The notes under the pieces were generated by a model. The model ran no database searches and was not told the DNA's origin. It saw nothing but the letters and a program-made list of their open reading frames with translations. DNA of 64,000 bases, taken from the NCBI GenBank assembly GCA_963745035.1, contig CAVUVW010000008.1, positions 25,227 through 89,226 of the forward strand, in the 5' to 3' direction. The first letter of the stretch is position 1; the number at the start of each line of letters is the position of its first letter. The DNA is from an uncultured delta proteobacterium. Lineage in GTDB: Bacteria > Desulfobacterota > Binatia > UBA9968. Positions 20,208-28,291 of this stretch are shown one piece after another. The translations under genes and the position numbers were made by a program.

Positions 20208-21444
20208 TTCATCTGGCCTTAAGGAGATATACATCATTCGTATTTTCCACTCCCTGCGTTACCGCGATTATGCGCTCTTCTGGGGCACGGATCTGCTCGG
20301 TTCCATCGGCCACTTCGTCCAGGAGGTGGCGCTTTTCTGGATCACCTATGAAATCACCGGCTCGGCAATGGCGTTGGGACTTTTGGGCCTCAGCAGTGCG
20401 GCGCCCCGTCTGCTCCTCGGCGCCCTCAGCGGCGTATTGGTGGACCGCTATGATCGCAAGCTGCTGTTGATCCTGGTGCAATTCGTCTCCGCCATTCCCA
20501 TAGCCATTTTCCTCGCGATCTATGTTTTCGGCGCTCTCGCGTTCTGGCACCTTCTGGTGCTGGAGATTCTCTTCGGCTCCATCCGCGCGATCAATCCTTC
20601 GGCGGCGCAGTCGATCCTCGCGGAACTGGTGCCGCGGGAAGATCTGATGAACGCCGTCTCGCTCTACACCGTCGGCTTCAACATCGCCCGCATTGCTGGG
20701 CCGTCCCTCGGCGGCGTCCTGATCCTGTGGATCGGCATCGGCGGCTGCTACGCGCTATTCGCGGTCACCCTGTTGGTCTCAGGCGTGGGAATGCTGTTCA
20801 TTCGCACGAATAAGGAACAATCGATAAGGCCCGAAGAAAACTTCTTCCGCGAGTTCAAGGAAGGCTTTCATTATGTTTGGCATGCGCCCGTGATTTTAAG
20901 CAGTATCGTCGCCGCTTACACCTTCGCCGTGTTCATCGTCACCTATCAAAGCTTTCTTCCGGTTTTCGCCAAGGAGGTGCTGCAGGTGGGTCCGGAGGGA
21001 CTGGGCATATTGATGGCCGCGCCGGGATTGGGAGGCATCGCTTCATTGAGTTTTCTTGCTTCCATGGGTGAACGCTGGAACCGCGCCATGCTGTTGTGGT
21101 TCATGACCACGACGACGCCGATTTTTCTCATGCTCTTTTGCGTCTCGCCGATCTTCTGGCTCTCTGTCGTGCTCCTGGCGCTTGTGGGCGCCGGTCAGGT
21201 AAGTTTCCGCACCATCAGCCGCGTGATCATCCAGATCGAAGCACCGCGCAATCTTATGGGCCGGGTGATGAGCGTGTTCAATCTCGATCAAGGCATGCGC
21301 GCCATCGGTTCCATCGTGCTGGGCGCTTCCGCAACGTTCTTCGGCGCCTCTTTAGGCCTCGCTCTCACCGCCGCGATTTCCTTGACGGTAACGACGACTC
21401 TTTTCTATCGCTTGCTGGGAAAACGTGAATCACAAGCGCAATGA
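20203..21444 (+). CDS. MFS transporter (DHA3-like); start uncertain
   Basis: SLRYRDYALFW, GVLVDRYDRKLL, GRVMSVF; start either GTG at 20203 or a non-ATG codon after AAGGAG at 20221. Confidence 0.8.
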   Translation: MNSSGLKEIYIIRIFHSLRYRDYALFWGTDLLGSIGHFVQEVALFWITYEITGSAMALGLLGLSSAAPRLLLGALSGVLVDRYDRKLLLILVQFVSAIPIAIFLAIYVFGALAFWHLLVLEILFGSIRAINPSAAQSILAELVPREDLMNAVSLYTVGFNIARIAGPSLGGVLILWIGIGGCYALFAVTLLVSGVGMLFIRTNKEQSIRPEENFFREFKEGFHYVWHAPVILSSIVAAYTFAVFIVTYQSFLPVFAKEVLQVGPEGLGILMAAPGLGGIASLSFLASMGERWNRAMLLWFMTTTTPIFLMLFCVSPIFWLSVVLLALVGAGQVSFRTISRVIIQIEAPRNLMGRVMSVFNLDQGMRAIGSIVLGASATFFGASLGLALTAAISLTVTTTLFYRLLGKRESQAQ

Positions 21445-21446
21445 AG

Positions 21447-21629
21447 AACCGCAGAGGCACAGAGATCGCAGAGTTCGCAAATTATCGATGAACCAACCTA
21501 TACCGGCGTGCTCTAGGTCTCGGCAGTGAATTTCTGGACAACCATCCTCTATCCTCAATCGTCCATCCTCGACCCAATTCCCTTCTTGCGCCCCATCACT
21601 CCAATACTCCAAAACTCCATCACTCCATC
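21447..21629. repeat. Cluster of short periodic repeats (CAGAG x3, ATCCTC x3, ACTCCA x4)
   Basis: 21447-21473 CGCAGAG/CACAGAG with 9-nt period; 21542-21570 ATCCTC; ~21595-21629 ACTCCA with 8-nt period. Confidence 0.7.
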
Positions 21630-21699
21630 AGGCTCAACCTTGTCTTTCCCGCGCCTCCGCATGTATAGCCAAGACAAATCTTTCCGCAGAGGTGATTTC

Positions 21700-22711
21700 A
21701 TGCAGCTTCCGCCCATCGCCGCCACCACCATCGGCAGTTTTCCTCGTCCCAGTTGGCTCGCGCAGAACGAACGAAGCCGCGCGGTATTTCGCCTTGAAGG
21801 CGCCGCGCTCAAAGAGGCGCAGGATGACGCTACGGCGCTGAGTATCCACACGCAGGAGCGGATCGGCTTGGATCTCTTGTCCGACGGCGAACAGCGCCGC
21901 ACAGGTTTTATCAATCATATTCTCGCCGCCTTCGACGGCATCGATCTCGAACATGAAGCGGTGAAGCAAATCTATCGCCGCCGCGAGCAGCCGCGCCCGG
22001 TGCCGCGCGTGGTCGGCAAAATAAAAAGGCGCGCGCCTGCCATCGTCGAAGATCTGCGGTTCGCCAAAGCGCAGACCGGAAAACCGATCAAAATGGACGT
22101 GCCGGGCCCGATGACAGTCGTCGACAGCACGCTCGACGAGCATTACAAGGACGAGGCTACCTTAGCGATGGACGTCGCGGCGGCACTGAACGAAGAGCTG
22201 CGCGATCTACAGGCCGCAGGGTGCGACGTGCTGGAGATCGATGAACCCGCCATGACCCGCTACCACGAGAAAGTTTTCGCCTACGGCGCCAAAGCCCTCG
22301 ATCGCTGCCTCGAAGGCATCCATGTTCCGACCGTGGTGCATCTCTGCTACGGCTATCCGGGCGGCGCCGGAACCCAGCACGAATACGAATATCCCGAACT
22401 TCTCGCTGAATTGATGAAGACAAAGATCGGCGGTTTCGGCGTCGAATTCGCGCGCAGCAACTACGATCCTGCCGTGCTTGGCGCATGCAAAGGCCGCATC
22501 GTCATGTTCGGCTGCGTAGATCCTAGCGACACGCCGGTGCCGCCCGTCGCCAAAGTCGTCGAGCGCGTGCGCACGGCACTAAAATACATCGAACCCAACA
22601 ATCTGTGGCTCGCGCCCGACTGCGGCTTGATGACCGATCAGCCGAGAGTTGGCGAACGCGAAAGCGAAGTTGCTCGTCGAAGTCGCAAAGGAAGTCCGAA
22701 AGACCCTCTAG
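21700..22711 (+). CDS. Cobalamin-independent methionine synthase II (MetE C-terminal domain-only) family; frameshift ~22635
   Basis: IGSFPRP, DGEQRR, IDEP, HLCYG and PDCGL Zn ligands; corrected C-terminus ..MTISRELANAKAKLLVEVAKEVRKTL*. Confidence 0.85.
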
Positions 22712-22741
22712 AGTTACACACTATGAGCGTTGCTCCATCGA

Positions 22742-22847
22742 TGTCATCCTGAGCGCGAGGCGAAGGATCTGCTTTTTCCTAACGACGACATGTCACATCG
22801 CTGCGGCAAAAGCAGATTCTTCGTCGCAAGCGCTCCTCAGAATGACA
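22742..22847. repeat. REP-like inverted element TGTCATCCTGAG...CTCAGAATGACA
   Basis: Terminal inverted arms plus inner ATCTGCTTTT/AAAAGCAGAT; related element at 41661-41752. Confidence 0.7.
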
Positions 22848-22897
22848 CCGGTAAGAACAACTTCGGTAGACGACCACGCAAAGTGAGCAACACATCC

Positions 22898-23917
22898 ATG
22901 ACCAAACAACGCTACAACGCCAAGATCCAACGCGCCAAAGGCTTGCTCGAAATCGCCGCGGCCATGTACGAGACTTCACTTTCGTTTCAGACGACGCGAG
23001 CCGCAGAAAAAGTGCTGCAAACCGAGTCGCGCATCGGCCACGAACTGGAATTCAAACTACTTGCCGAAAATCGCGACGGCTCCAACAGCGTGCCTCTCTC
23101 CTTTGCCGCCGACAGCTTCGCCGAGCTGAAGGGAGTCGCAGACGGCAAGTACACGCTGGCCTGGGTCAATCCCACCGCTGCCGCAACGCTCGCCTACCGC
23201 GGCACCGGGCCGTTTAAGAGAAAACTTCCTTTGCGCGTGATCGCGACCTTTCCTTCCTATGACGTCATGGGCTTCGCCGTGCACAAGTCTACCGGCATTA
23301 CGTCCTTTTCACAGATTGCTAAAGAACGCTTTCCGCTGCGCCTCTCAACCAATGTCACCTCGAAAGAGATGATCACCGCCAGCCCCACTATGTTTACGGT
23401 CACCGCGGTGATGAAGGCTGCCGGTTTTACTCTTCCGGATCTAAAGAAATGGGGCGGCAAAGTGATCTCCGTTCCCCGGCCAAGCCATCCCGACCGGCGC
23501 GACGCAATTCAAAACGGCGCGGTCAATGCGGTCTTCGACGAAGGCATCAAAAGTTGGGGACAAACGGCGATCGACAGTGGTTTCATCTATTTGCCGATCG
23601 AAGGTCAGGTTTTGCGCCGTCTCGCGGCAATGGGCTATCAGACTTCGGTGGTGCCAAGATCGCGCTTCAAAGGCATGACCAGCGATGTTCCGACCGTCGA
23701 CTTCAGCGGCTGGCCGATGGTCGTGCGCGCCGATTTGCCCAATGATGTCGCCTATGCGCTCTGCGAAGCGATCGAAAAGCGCCGCAAGCTGATCCCGAGC
23801 GACAATTTCAAACCGATCAGCATGCGCCAGCTCTGCGCCAATGACGAAGAGGCTCCGTTCAACGTGCCGCTGCATCCGGGCGCCAAGCGCTTCTACCGTG
23901 AGCGCGGATATTTGTAG
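22898..23917 (+). CDS. TAXI family solute-binding-fold protein
   Basis: LRVIATFP, DFSGWP, PLHPGAKRFYRERG; paralog of 18931..19923; no obvious signal peptide. Confidence 0.8.
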   Translation: MTKQRYNAKIQRAKGLLEIAAAMYETSLSFQTTRAAEKVLQTESRIGHELEFKLLAENRDGSNSVPLSFAADSFAELKGVADGKYTLAWVNPTAAATLAYRGTGPFKRKLPLRVIATFPSYDVMGFAVHKSTGITSFSQIAKERFPLRLSTNVTSKEMITASPTMFTVTAVMKAAGFTLPDLKKWGGKVISVPRPSHPDRRDAIQNGAVNAVFDEGIKSWGQTAIDSGFIYLPIEGQVLRRLAAMGYQTSVVPRSRFKGMTSDVPTVDFSGWPMVVRADLPNDVAYALCEAIEKRRKLIPSDNFKPISMRQLCANDEEAPFNVPLHPGAKRFYRERGYL

Positions 23918-23941
23918 TGAGCTAAGCTTTCAGGCGCACCC

Positions 23942-24205
23942 ATGCCGACCCGGAAAGTGAAAAAGACGCGCGCCAAACGCCCACCCTCGTGCCCCGAATG
24001 TGGCGGCACAATGATCATTCCCGTGCTGCACGGTATCATCACTCCGGATATTCAGAAATCCATAGATGCCGGCGAAGCGATCCACGCCGACCGAGAAGAG
24101 TGGGAAGGCATTACCGAGTGGTATTGCAAATCCTGCGGCTGCGACTGGGGCCGCCACTCGCGGCGTTTCAAAAAAACCGGCGGCGTCAATGCCACCAAGG
24201 CGTAA
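23942..24205 (+). CDS. Small hypothetical Zn-ribbon-like protein
   Basis: CPECGG ... WYCKSCG pair of CxxC motifs. Confidence 0.6.
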   Translation: MPTRKVKKTRAKRPPSCPECGGTMIIPVLHGIITPDIQKSIDAGEAIHADREEWEGITEWYCKSCGCDWGRHSRRFKKTGGVNATKA

Positions 24206-24263
24206 CGCCACTGTAACCATTCTGTGGAAATAGTCTAAAGACGGCGGCTAATGGGAGATCTCC

Positions 24264-25022
24264 GTGGCCACTACCGAATCGAATCCGTTGCCTGCGCTTC
24301 CCGAGCAAGTTTCTCGGGTGCTCAACGAATTCATTGATGAGGCGCAAGCGGCCTTCGCCGCCGATCTGAAATCGATCGTGCTTTTCGGCAGCGCGGCCGA
24401 GGGGCGGCTCCGCGCCACATCCGACGTAAATCTCCTGCTCGTTCTCGGCAGATTTGATCCGGCCCGCGCCGAAGCGCTGCGTAGTCCGCTACGCGTCGCC
24501 CAGGCGGCGATACGTTTGAGCCCGATGTTCGTCCTGGAAGCTGAATTGTCGTCTGCGATCACAGCCTTTGCCGAAAAGTTTTCCGACATTTTACGCCGGC
24601 GCAAAGTCTTATATGGAGAAGACCCCTTCGTCGGCATAGAGATTCCCCGCGCGATATTGGCGGCGCGACTCGAGCAAGTGCTGCTGAACCTTATTCTTCG
24701 TCTGCGCGAAGCGTATGTCATGCGCGGACTACGAGAAGAACAACTTGCGATCGCCATCGCCGAGGCTGCGGGTCCGCTCCGCTCCTGCGCCGCCATGCTC
24801 CTAGAGCTGGAAGGACAAGGCGAAAATTCACCGCGAGCAGCTCTGGAAAAGTACGTGAAATCAACCGGCGAAGCGGCCTGGCTTGAATCCCTGCCCCGCA
24901 TGTCTGAAGCACGCGAGCAACGTGTGCTGCCCGCCGGCGTCAGTGGTCCGGTGCTATTGAGATTGATCGATGTCGCGAGATCGATCGAAAACCGTCTTCA
25001 GAAACTCAGAGGGGCGGAATGA
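24264..25022 (+). CDS. Nucleotidyltransferase-fold (Pol beta superfamily) protein with helical C-terminal domain
   Basis: SIVLFGSAAEG...SDVNLLLV motif; GTG start after GGGAG; ATGA overlap with next gene. Confidence 0.8.
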   Translation: MATTESNPLPALPEQVSRVLNEFIDEAQAAFAADLKSIVLFGSAAEGRLRATSDVNLLLVLGRFDPARAEALRSPLRVAQAAIRLSPMFVLEAELSSAITAFAEKFSDILRRRKVLYGEDPFVGIEIPRAILAARLEQVLLNLILRLREAYVMRGLREEQLAIAIAEAAGPLRSCAAMLLELEGQGENSPRAALEKYVKSTGEAAWLESLPRMSEAREQRVLPAGVSGPVLLRLIDVARSIENRLQKLRGAE

Positions 25023-25894
25023 TCAATCCTTTCGATCTTTCGGGTCCGGATTTTTTGATTTTCTATGGCTTATTGGGAATGCTGGTTCTTGGCGGACTGT
25101 TCGTCGTTGGGCGTTTGAGCGAATCGGGCACCGTGCCGAGACTCGACTACTCGGACCCGTATCTCCTGGCTTACCTTCGAGGCGGAGAAGCGGAGGTGAT
25201 CCGTGTCGCCGCCGCATCGCTCGCGGACCGCGGCCTTTTGCGAGTCGATAACAATCGCCTTTCCGCCGCCAATGCCACCGCACCGAGTCTCGTTCGAAGG
25301 CCGATCGAAAGCGCTATCCTTCAGCGCTTGACTATCCCGACAGACTTCACATCACTTTTTGACAGCACGACGCTGCGGGAGGCGTGCAAGGAATACAAAG
25401 ATAAGCTCGAACAACTGCGTTTGCTGCCGGACCAAAAGCTTGCGGGCGTACGGTTGAACCGACTGCTGATCACGCTGGCTATCCTGGGCGGTGTTGCATT
25501 GATTAAGATCGCCGTTGCTGTCACGCGCGGACGGCACAACATCTGGTTTTTGGTTGCCATGACTGTCGCCTTCTCTTTTATCGCCGTTCGAATTTACAAT
25601 CCTTTCAGGACAACCCGGGGAGATGCGCTACTCGCTGATCTAAGAACGCTCTTCGCGCCGTTGAAGAAGCGCGCTGCGATGATCAATCCGGGAGGCGCCA
25701 CCGGCGAGGCGGCTTTGCTGATGGCGGTATTTGGTCTCGGCACTCTGTCAATAAACGAGTTCCCGTTCATCAGCCTTTTCCGTGAGAAAATATCCAGCAG
25801 CACCGGTGGTGGATGCGGCTCATCCTACTCCTCGTGTAGCGGCGGTAGCTGCGGCGGAGGAGGTGGGTGCGGCGGCTGCGGGGGTGGGAGCTAA
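25019..25894 (+). CDS. TIGR04222-type membrane protein with Gly/Ser/Cys-rich C-terminal tail
   Basis: NPFDLSGPDFLIFY, DPYLLAYLRGG, SLADRGLL, three TM segments, RTTRG, tail SSSTGGGCGSSYSSCSGGSCGGGGGCGGCGGGS. Confidence 0.85.
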   Translation: MINPFDLSGPDFLIFYGLLGMLVLGGLFVVGRLSESGTVPRLDYSDPYLLAYLRGGEAEVIRVAAASLADRGLLRVDNNRLSAANATAPSLVRRPIESAILQRLTIPTDFTSLFDSTTLREACKEYKDKLEQLRLLPDQKLAGVRLNRLLITLAILGGVALIKIAVAVTRGRHNIWFLVAMTVAFSFIAVRIYNPFRTTRGDALLADLRTLFAPLKKRAAMINPGGATGEAALLMAVFGLGTLSINEFPFISLFREKISSSTGGGCGSSYSSCSGGSCGGGGGCGGCGGGS

Positions 25895-25896
25895 AG

Positions 25897-26766
25897 ATGC
25901 AAGATCGTTTCGGCATCGGCTGGCGGCCCGAGCTGGCTGCGGGGATTCTATCGAATCTCGCTCGCATCGACATCGTCGAGGTGATTGCCGACGACTATTT
26001 CGACGCATCGCGATCTCAACGCCGGGCTTTGAAGACTCTGGCGCGCCAGGTGCCGGTGGCGCTGCATGGAGTGACCCTCGGGCTGGCGTCGGCCGCTCCG
26101 GCTGATGTCCGGCGCTTAGAGCAAACCGCACGGCTGGTTGACGAAATCCAGCCGGAGTTTTGGTCGGAGCACCTCGCATTCGTCAGAGGCGGTGGAATCG
26201 AGATTGGCCATCTCGCAGCGCCGCCGCGGACAATGGCAACCATTGAAGGCACGGCAAGAAACCTGGCCGTAGCCGCAAAGACTGTGGGCACTCTTCCGCT
26301 TGTCGAAAACATCGCCACACTCATCGACCCACCGGCGAGTACCATCGGTGAAAGCGATTGGACCGCTCAGATCCTCCTTACAACCAGATGCCAACTTTTA
26401 CTGGATCTTCACAACCTCTACGCCAACTCCGTAAATTTCGCCTTCGATCCACGCGTCTATATCGACCATCTGCCACTAGAGCAAATCAGCGCTATTCATC
26501 TGGCCGGCGGGCGCTGGATCAAGGCAAAAACCTCCGATGAACGCCGCCTCCTCGACGATCATCTCCACGATGTTCCTCCACGTGTCTATAAACTTTTGGA
26601 ATACGTCGGAGAAATAGCCTCACGCCCGCTGATCGTTATCCTGGAACGCGATGGCCGGTATCCGCCAATAGAGCGGCTCCTAGGCCAGCTCGATTTCGCC
26701 CGGGACGCGCTCCGGCGTGGACGAATGAGACGGCGAGCAAATAAAGTGTCGGAGGCAGCAGCGTGA
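25897..26766 (+). CDS. DUF692 family multinuclear non-heme iron oxidative enzyme (MNIO)
   Basis: GIGWRPE, HGVTLGL, WSEHLAF, LVENIA, LLLDLHNLY, IHLAGG, DDH, LERD; ATG 2 nt after the upstream stop, with GGGAG RBS. Confidence 0.92.
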   Translation: MQDRFGIGWRPELAAGILSNLARIDIVEVIADDYFDASRSQRRALKTLARQVPVALHGVTLGLASAAPADVRRLEQTARLVDEIQPEFWSEHLAFVRGGGIEIGHLAAPPRTMATIEGTARNLAVAAKTVGTLPLVENIATLIDPPASTIGESDWTAQILLTTRCQLLLDLHNLYANSVNFAFDPRVYIDHLPLEQISAIHLAGGRWIKAKTSDERRLLDDHLHDVPPRVYKLLEYVGEIASRPLIVILERDGRYPPIERLLGQLDFARDALRRGRMRRRANKVSEAAA

Positions 26767-27017
26767 GCGCGCAAAAACTGGAAGCGTTCTTGGCGCGACT
26801 TTACGTTGACGATCAAGCTCGCGCTCGCTTCCTTGCCGACCCTGCCCGTGAAGCGTTGAACGCAGGACTTACTCCGGAAGAGTGCGCGATGCTCGAAACG
26901 ATCGATGTTATCGGACTCGAGCTCGCCGCCGAGAGTTTTGCCCGAAAGAGGGCTTACGCTTCGCCCAGCAATCCCCCTTCCAATCTGATTCGTCGGCTCT
27001 GGCGACGAGTAAAGTAA
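26763..27017 (+). CDS. 84-aa helical protein, probable MNIO partner
   Basis: GTGA overlap with DUF692 gene; LARLYVD...RARFLADP...GLT.EE...ID..GLELAA.SF.RKR. Confidence 0.7.
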   Translation: MSAQKLEAFLARLYVDDQARARFLADPAREALNAGLTPEECAMLETIDVIGLELAAESFARKRAYASPSNPPSNLIRRLWRRVK

Positions 27018-27084
27018 AAAGTACGTTGCGCCTGTTTCGCACCGCCCAGCTTGCCGGTTGTTGAGTCCTGTATTCCGCCATGAT

Positions 27085-27101
27085 ACCTAACATTAGGTTA
27101 G
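27085..27101. promoter_or_regulatory. Palindromic candidate operator upstream of the molybdate regulator
   Basis: ACCTAA-CA-TTAGGT (27085-27098) overlapping CTAAC-N5-GTTAG in an AT-rich patch. Confidence 0.4.
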
Positions 27102-27106
27102 ATATT

Positions 27107-28258
27107 ATGGCTATCACTACTTATTCACGAAGCGCGCCCCGGTTCGAAAGCCGCCTGCGCGAGAGGCGCCAGTCGCTCGGGCTTTCACAAAAGCAGGTCG
27201 CCGACCTGGCCGGGATCACCCGCCAAGCGGTAGCCGCTGTCGAGACAAACCAGTATTCCCCCGCGACCTCGGTCGCGCTCCAACTTGCTCGGGCGCTTCA
27301 CTGCCGCGTCGAAGATCTTTTCAGTCTCACGAGCAGCGAAGAAGTGGTCGAAGCCGAACTTGTCGGGTCTCGCCCTTCCGGTGGCGGCAAAATGCGCGCG
27401 CAACTGACTCAAGTCGGCGACCGGCTGCTGGCGCGCGCGCTGGAAGGCTCGGGTGAATTGGCGAGCCTCTCGACGAGCGCCGACGGTCTGATCGTCGCCG
27501 AAACAACGCGCAACCGAGTCAAAATCCAGCTCCTCAAAGAGCGCGATGCCGTGCGGCGGAAACTCGTCATCGCGGGCTGCGATCCGGCGATGTTCCTCGC
27601 CGCCAGGCACGTGCGAAAACACGACACTGAAGAGCTCGTTCCTTGCATGATGGGTAGCGGCATGGCGCTGGGCGCGTTGAAGCGCGGCGAGGTGCACGCG
27701 GCCGGCGCGCACTTCGCCGATGAAAACTCCAGCGGCAATCTCACCGACCTCAAACGTCATCTGGGCGGCCTGGATTGCCTCGTCGTCACCTTCGCCCATT
27801 GGGAGGAAGGCTTTCTTGTTCGGCGGGGCAATCCTAAAAAAATTCGCTCCGCGACCGATCTCGCGAAACCCGCCGTCAAGATCGTCAACCGCGAGAGAGG
27901 CTCCGGCGCGCGCCGATTGCTCGACCGGCAACTGCAAGCCGCGGGGATTCCGGCGGCGCGGGTCAGAGGCTATCGCGAGGAGGTTTTATCGCACCTCGAC
28001 GTCGCGTGGCGAGTGGAAGCGGGTCTCGCCGACGCCGGCGTCGGCGTGCGCGCCGCCGCGGCGATCCGCGGCCTCGATTTCGTGCCGCTCCAGCGCGAGC
28101 GTTACGATCTGATTATTTCCAAGGCGCATTATGAGAACTTGCCCGGCTTCAGAGTCTTGCTCGATACGGTAGTCGGCGGCCGCTTCAGAAGCGAGTTGGA
28201 AGCGCTCGGCGGCTACGACACCCGCGACACCGGACGAGTCGTGCTGCCCGCAGCGTGA
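27107..28258 (+). CDS. XRE-HTH + PBP-like (molybdate-binding) transcriptional regulator
   Basis: N-terminal LRERRQSLGLSQ..VADLAGITRQAV..VET HTH; C-terminal IAGCDPA, VNRERGSGAR, DFVPLQRERYDL, LGGYD. Confidence 0.85.
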   Translation: MAITTYSRSAPRFESRLRERRQSLGLSQKQVADLAGITRQAVAAVETNQYSPATSVALQLARALHCRVEDLFSLTSSEEVVEAELVGSRPSGGGKMRAQLTQVGDRLLARALEGSGELASLSTSADGLIVAETTRNRVKIQLLKERDAVRRKLVIAGCDPAMFLAARHVRKHDTEELVPCMMGSGMALGALKRGEVHAAGAHFADENSSGNLTDLKRHLGGLDCLVVTFAHWEEGFLVRRGNPKKIRSATDLAKPAVKIVNRERGSGARRLLDRQLQAAGIPAARVRGYREEVLSHLDVAWRVEAGLADAGVGVRAAAAIRGLDFVPLQRERYDLIISKAHYENLPGFRVLLDTVVGGRFRSELEALGGYDTRDTGRVVLPAA

Positions 28259-28291
28259 TACGCGCCTGCGCGATATCGCGGAGAACCTGAC

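Noticed and set aside
20221-20234. AAGGAGATATACAT matches the T7 gene 10/pET RBS
   Set aside because: Only 14 nt, with no other vector sequence and genomic flanks; treated as coincidence around a natural RBS.
24264-25022. NTase as an MNT-HEPN antitoxin or CBASS CD-NTase
   Set aside because: No HEPN (RxxxxH) partner or Cap effector adjacent, the motif is DxN, and the coupled gene is a TIGR04222-type protein.
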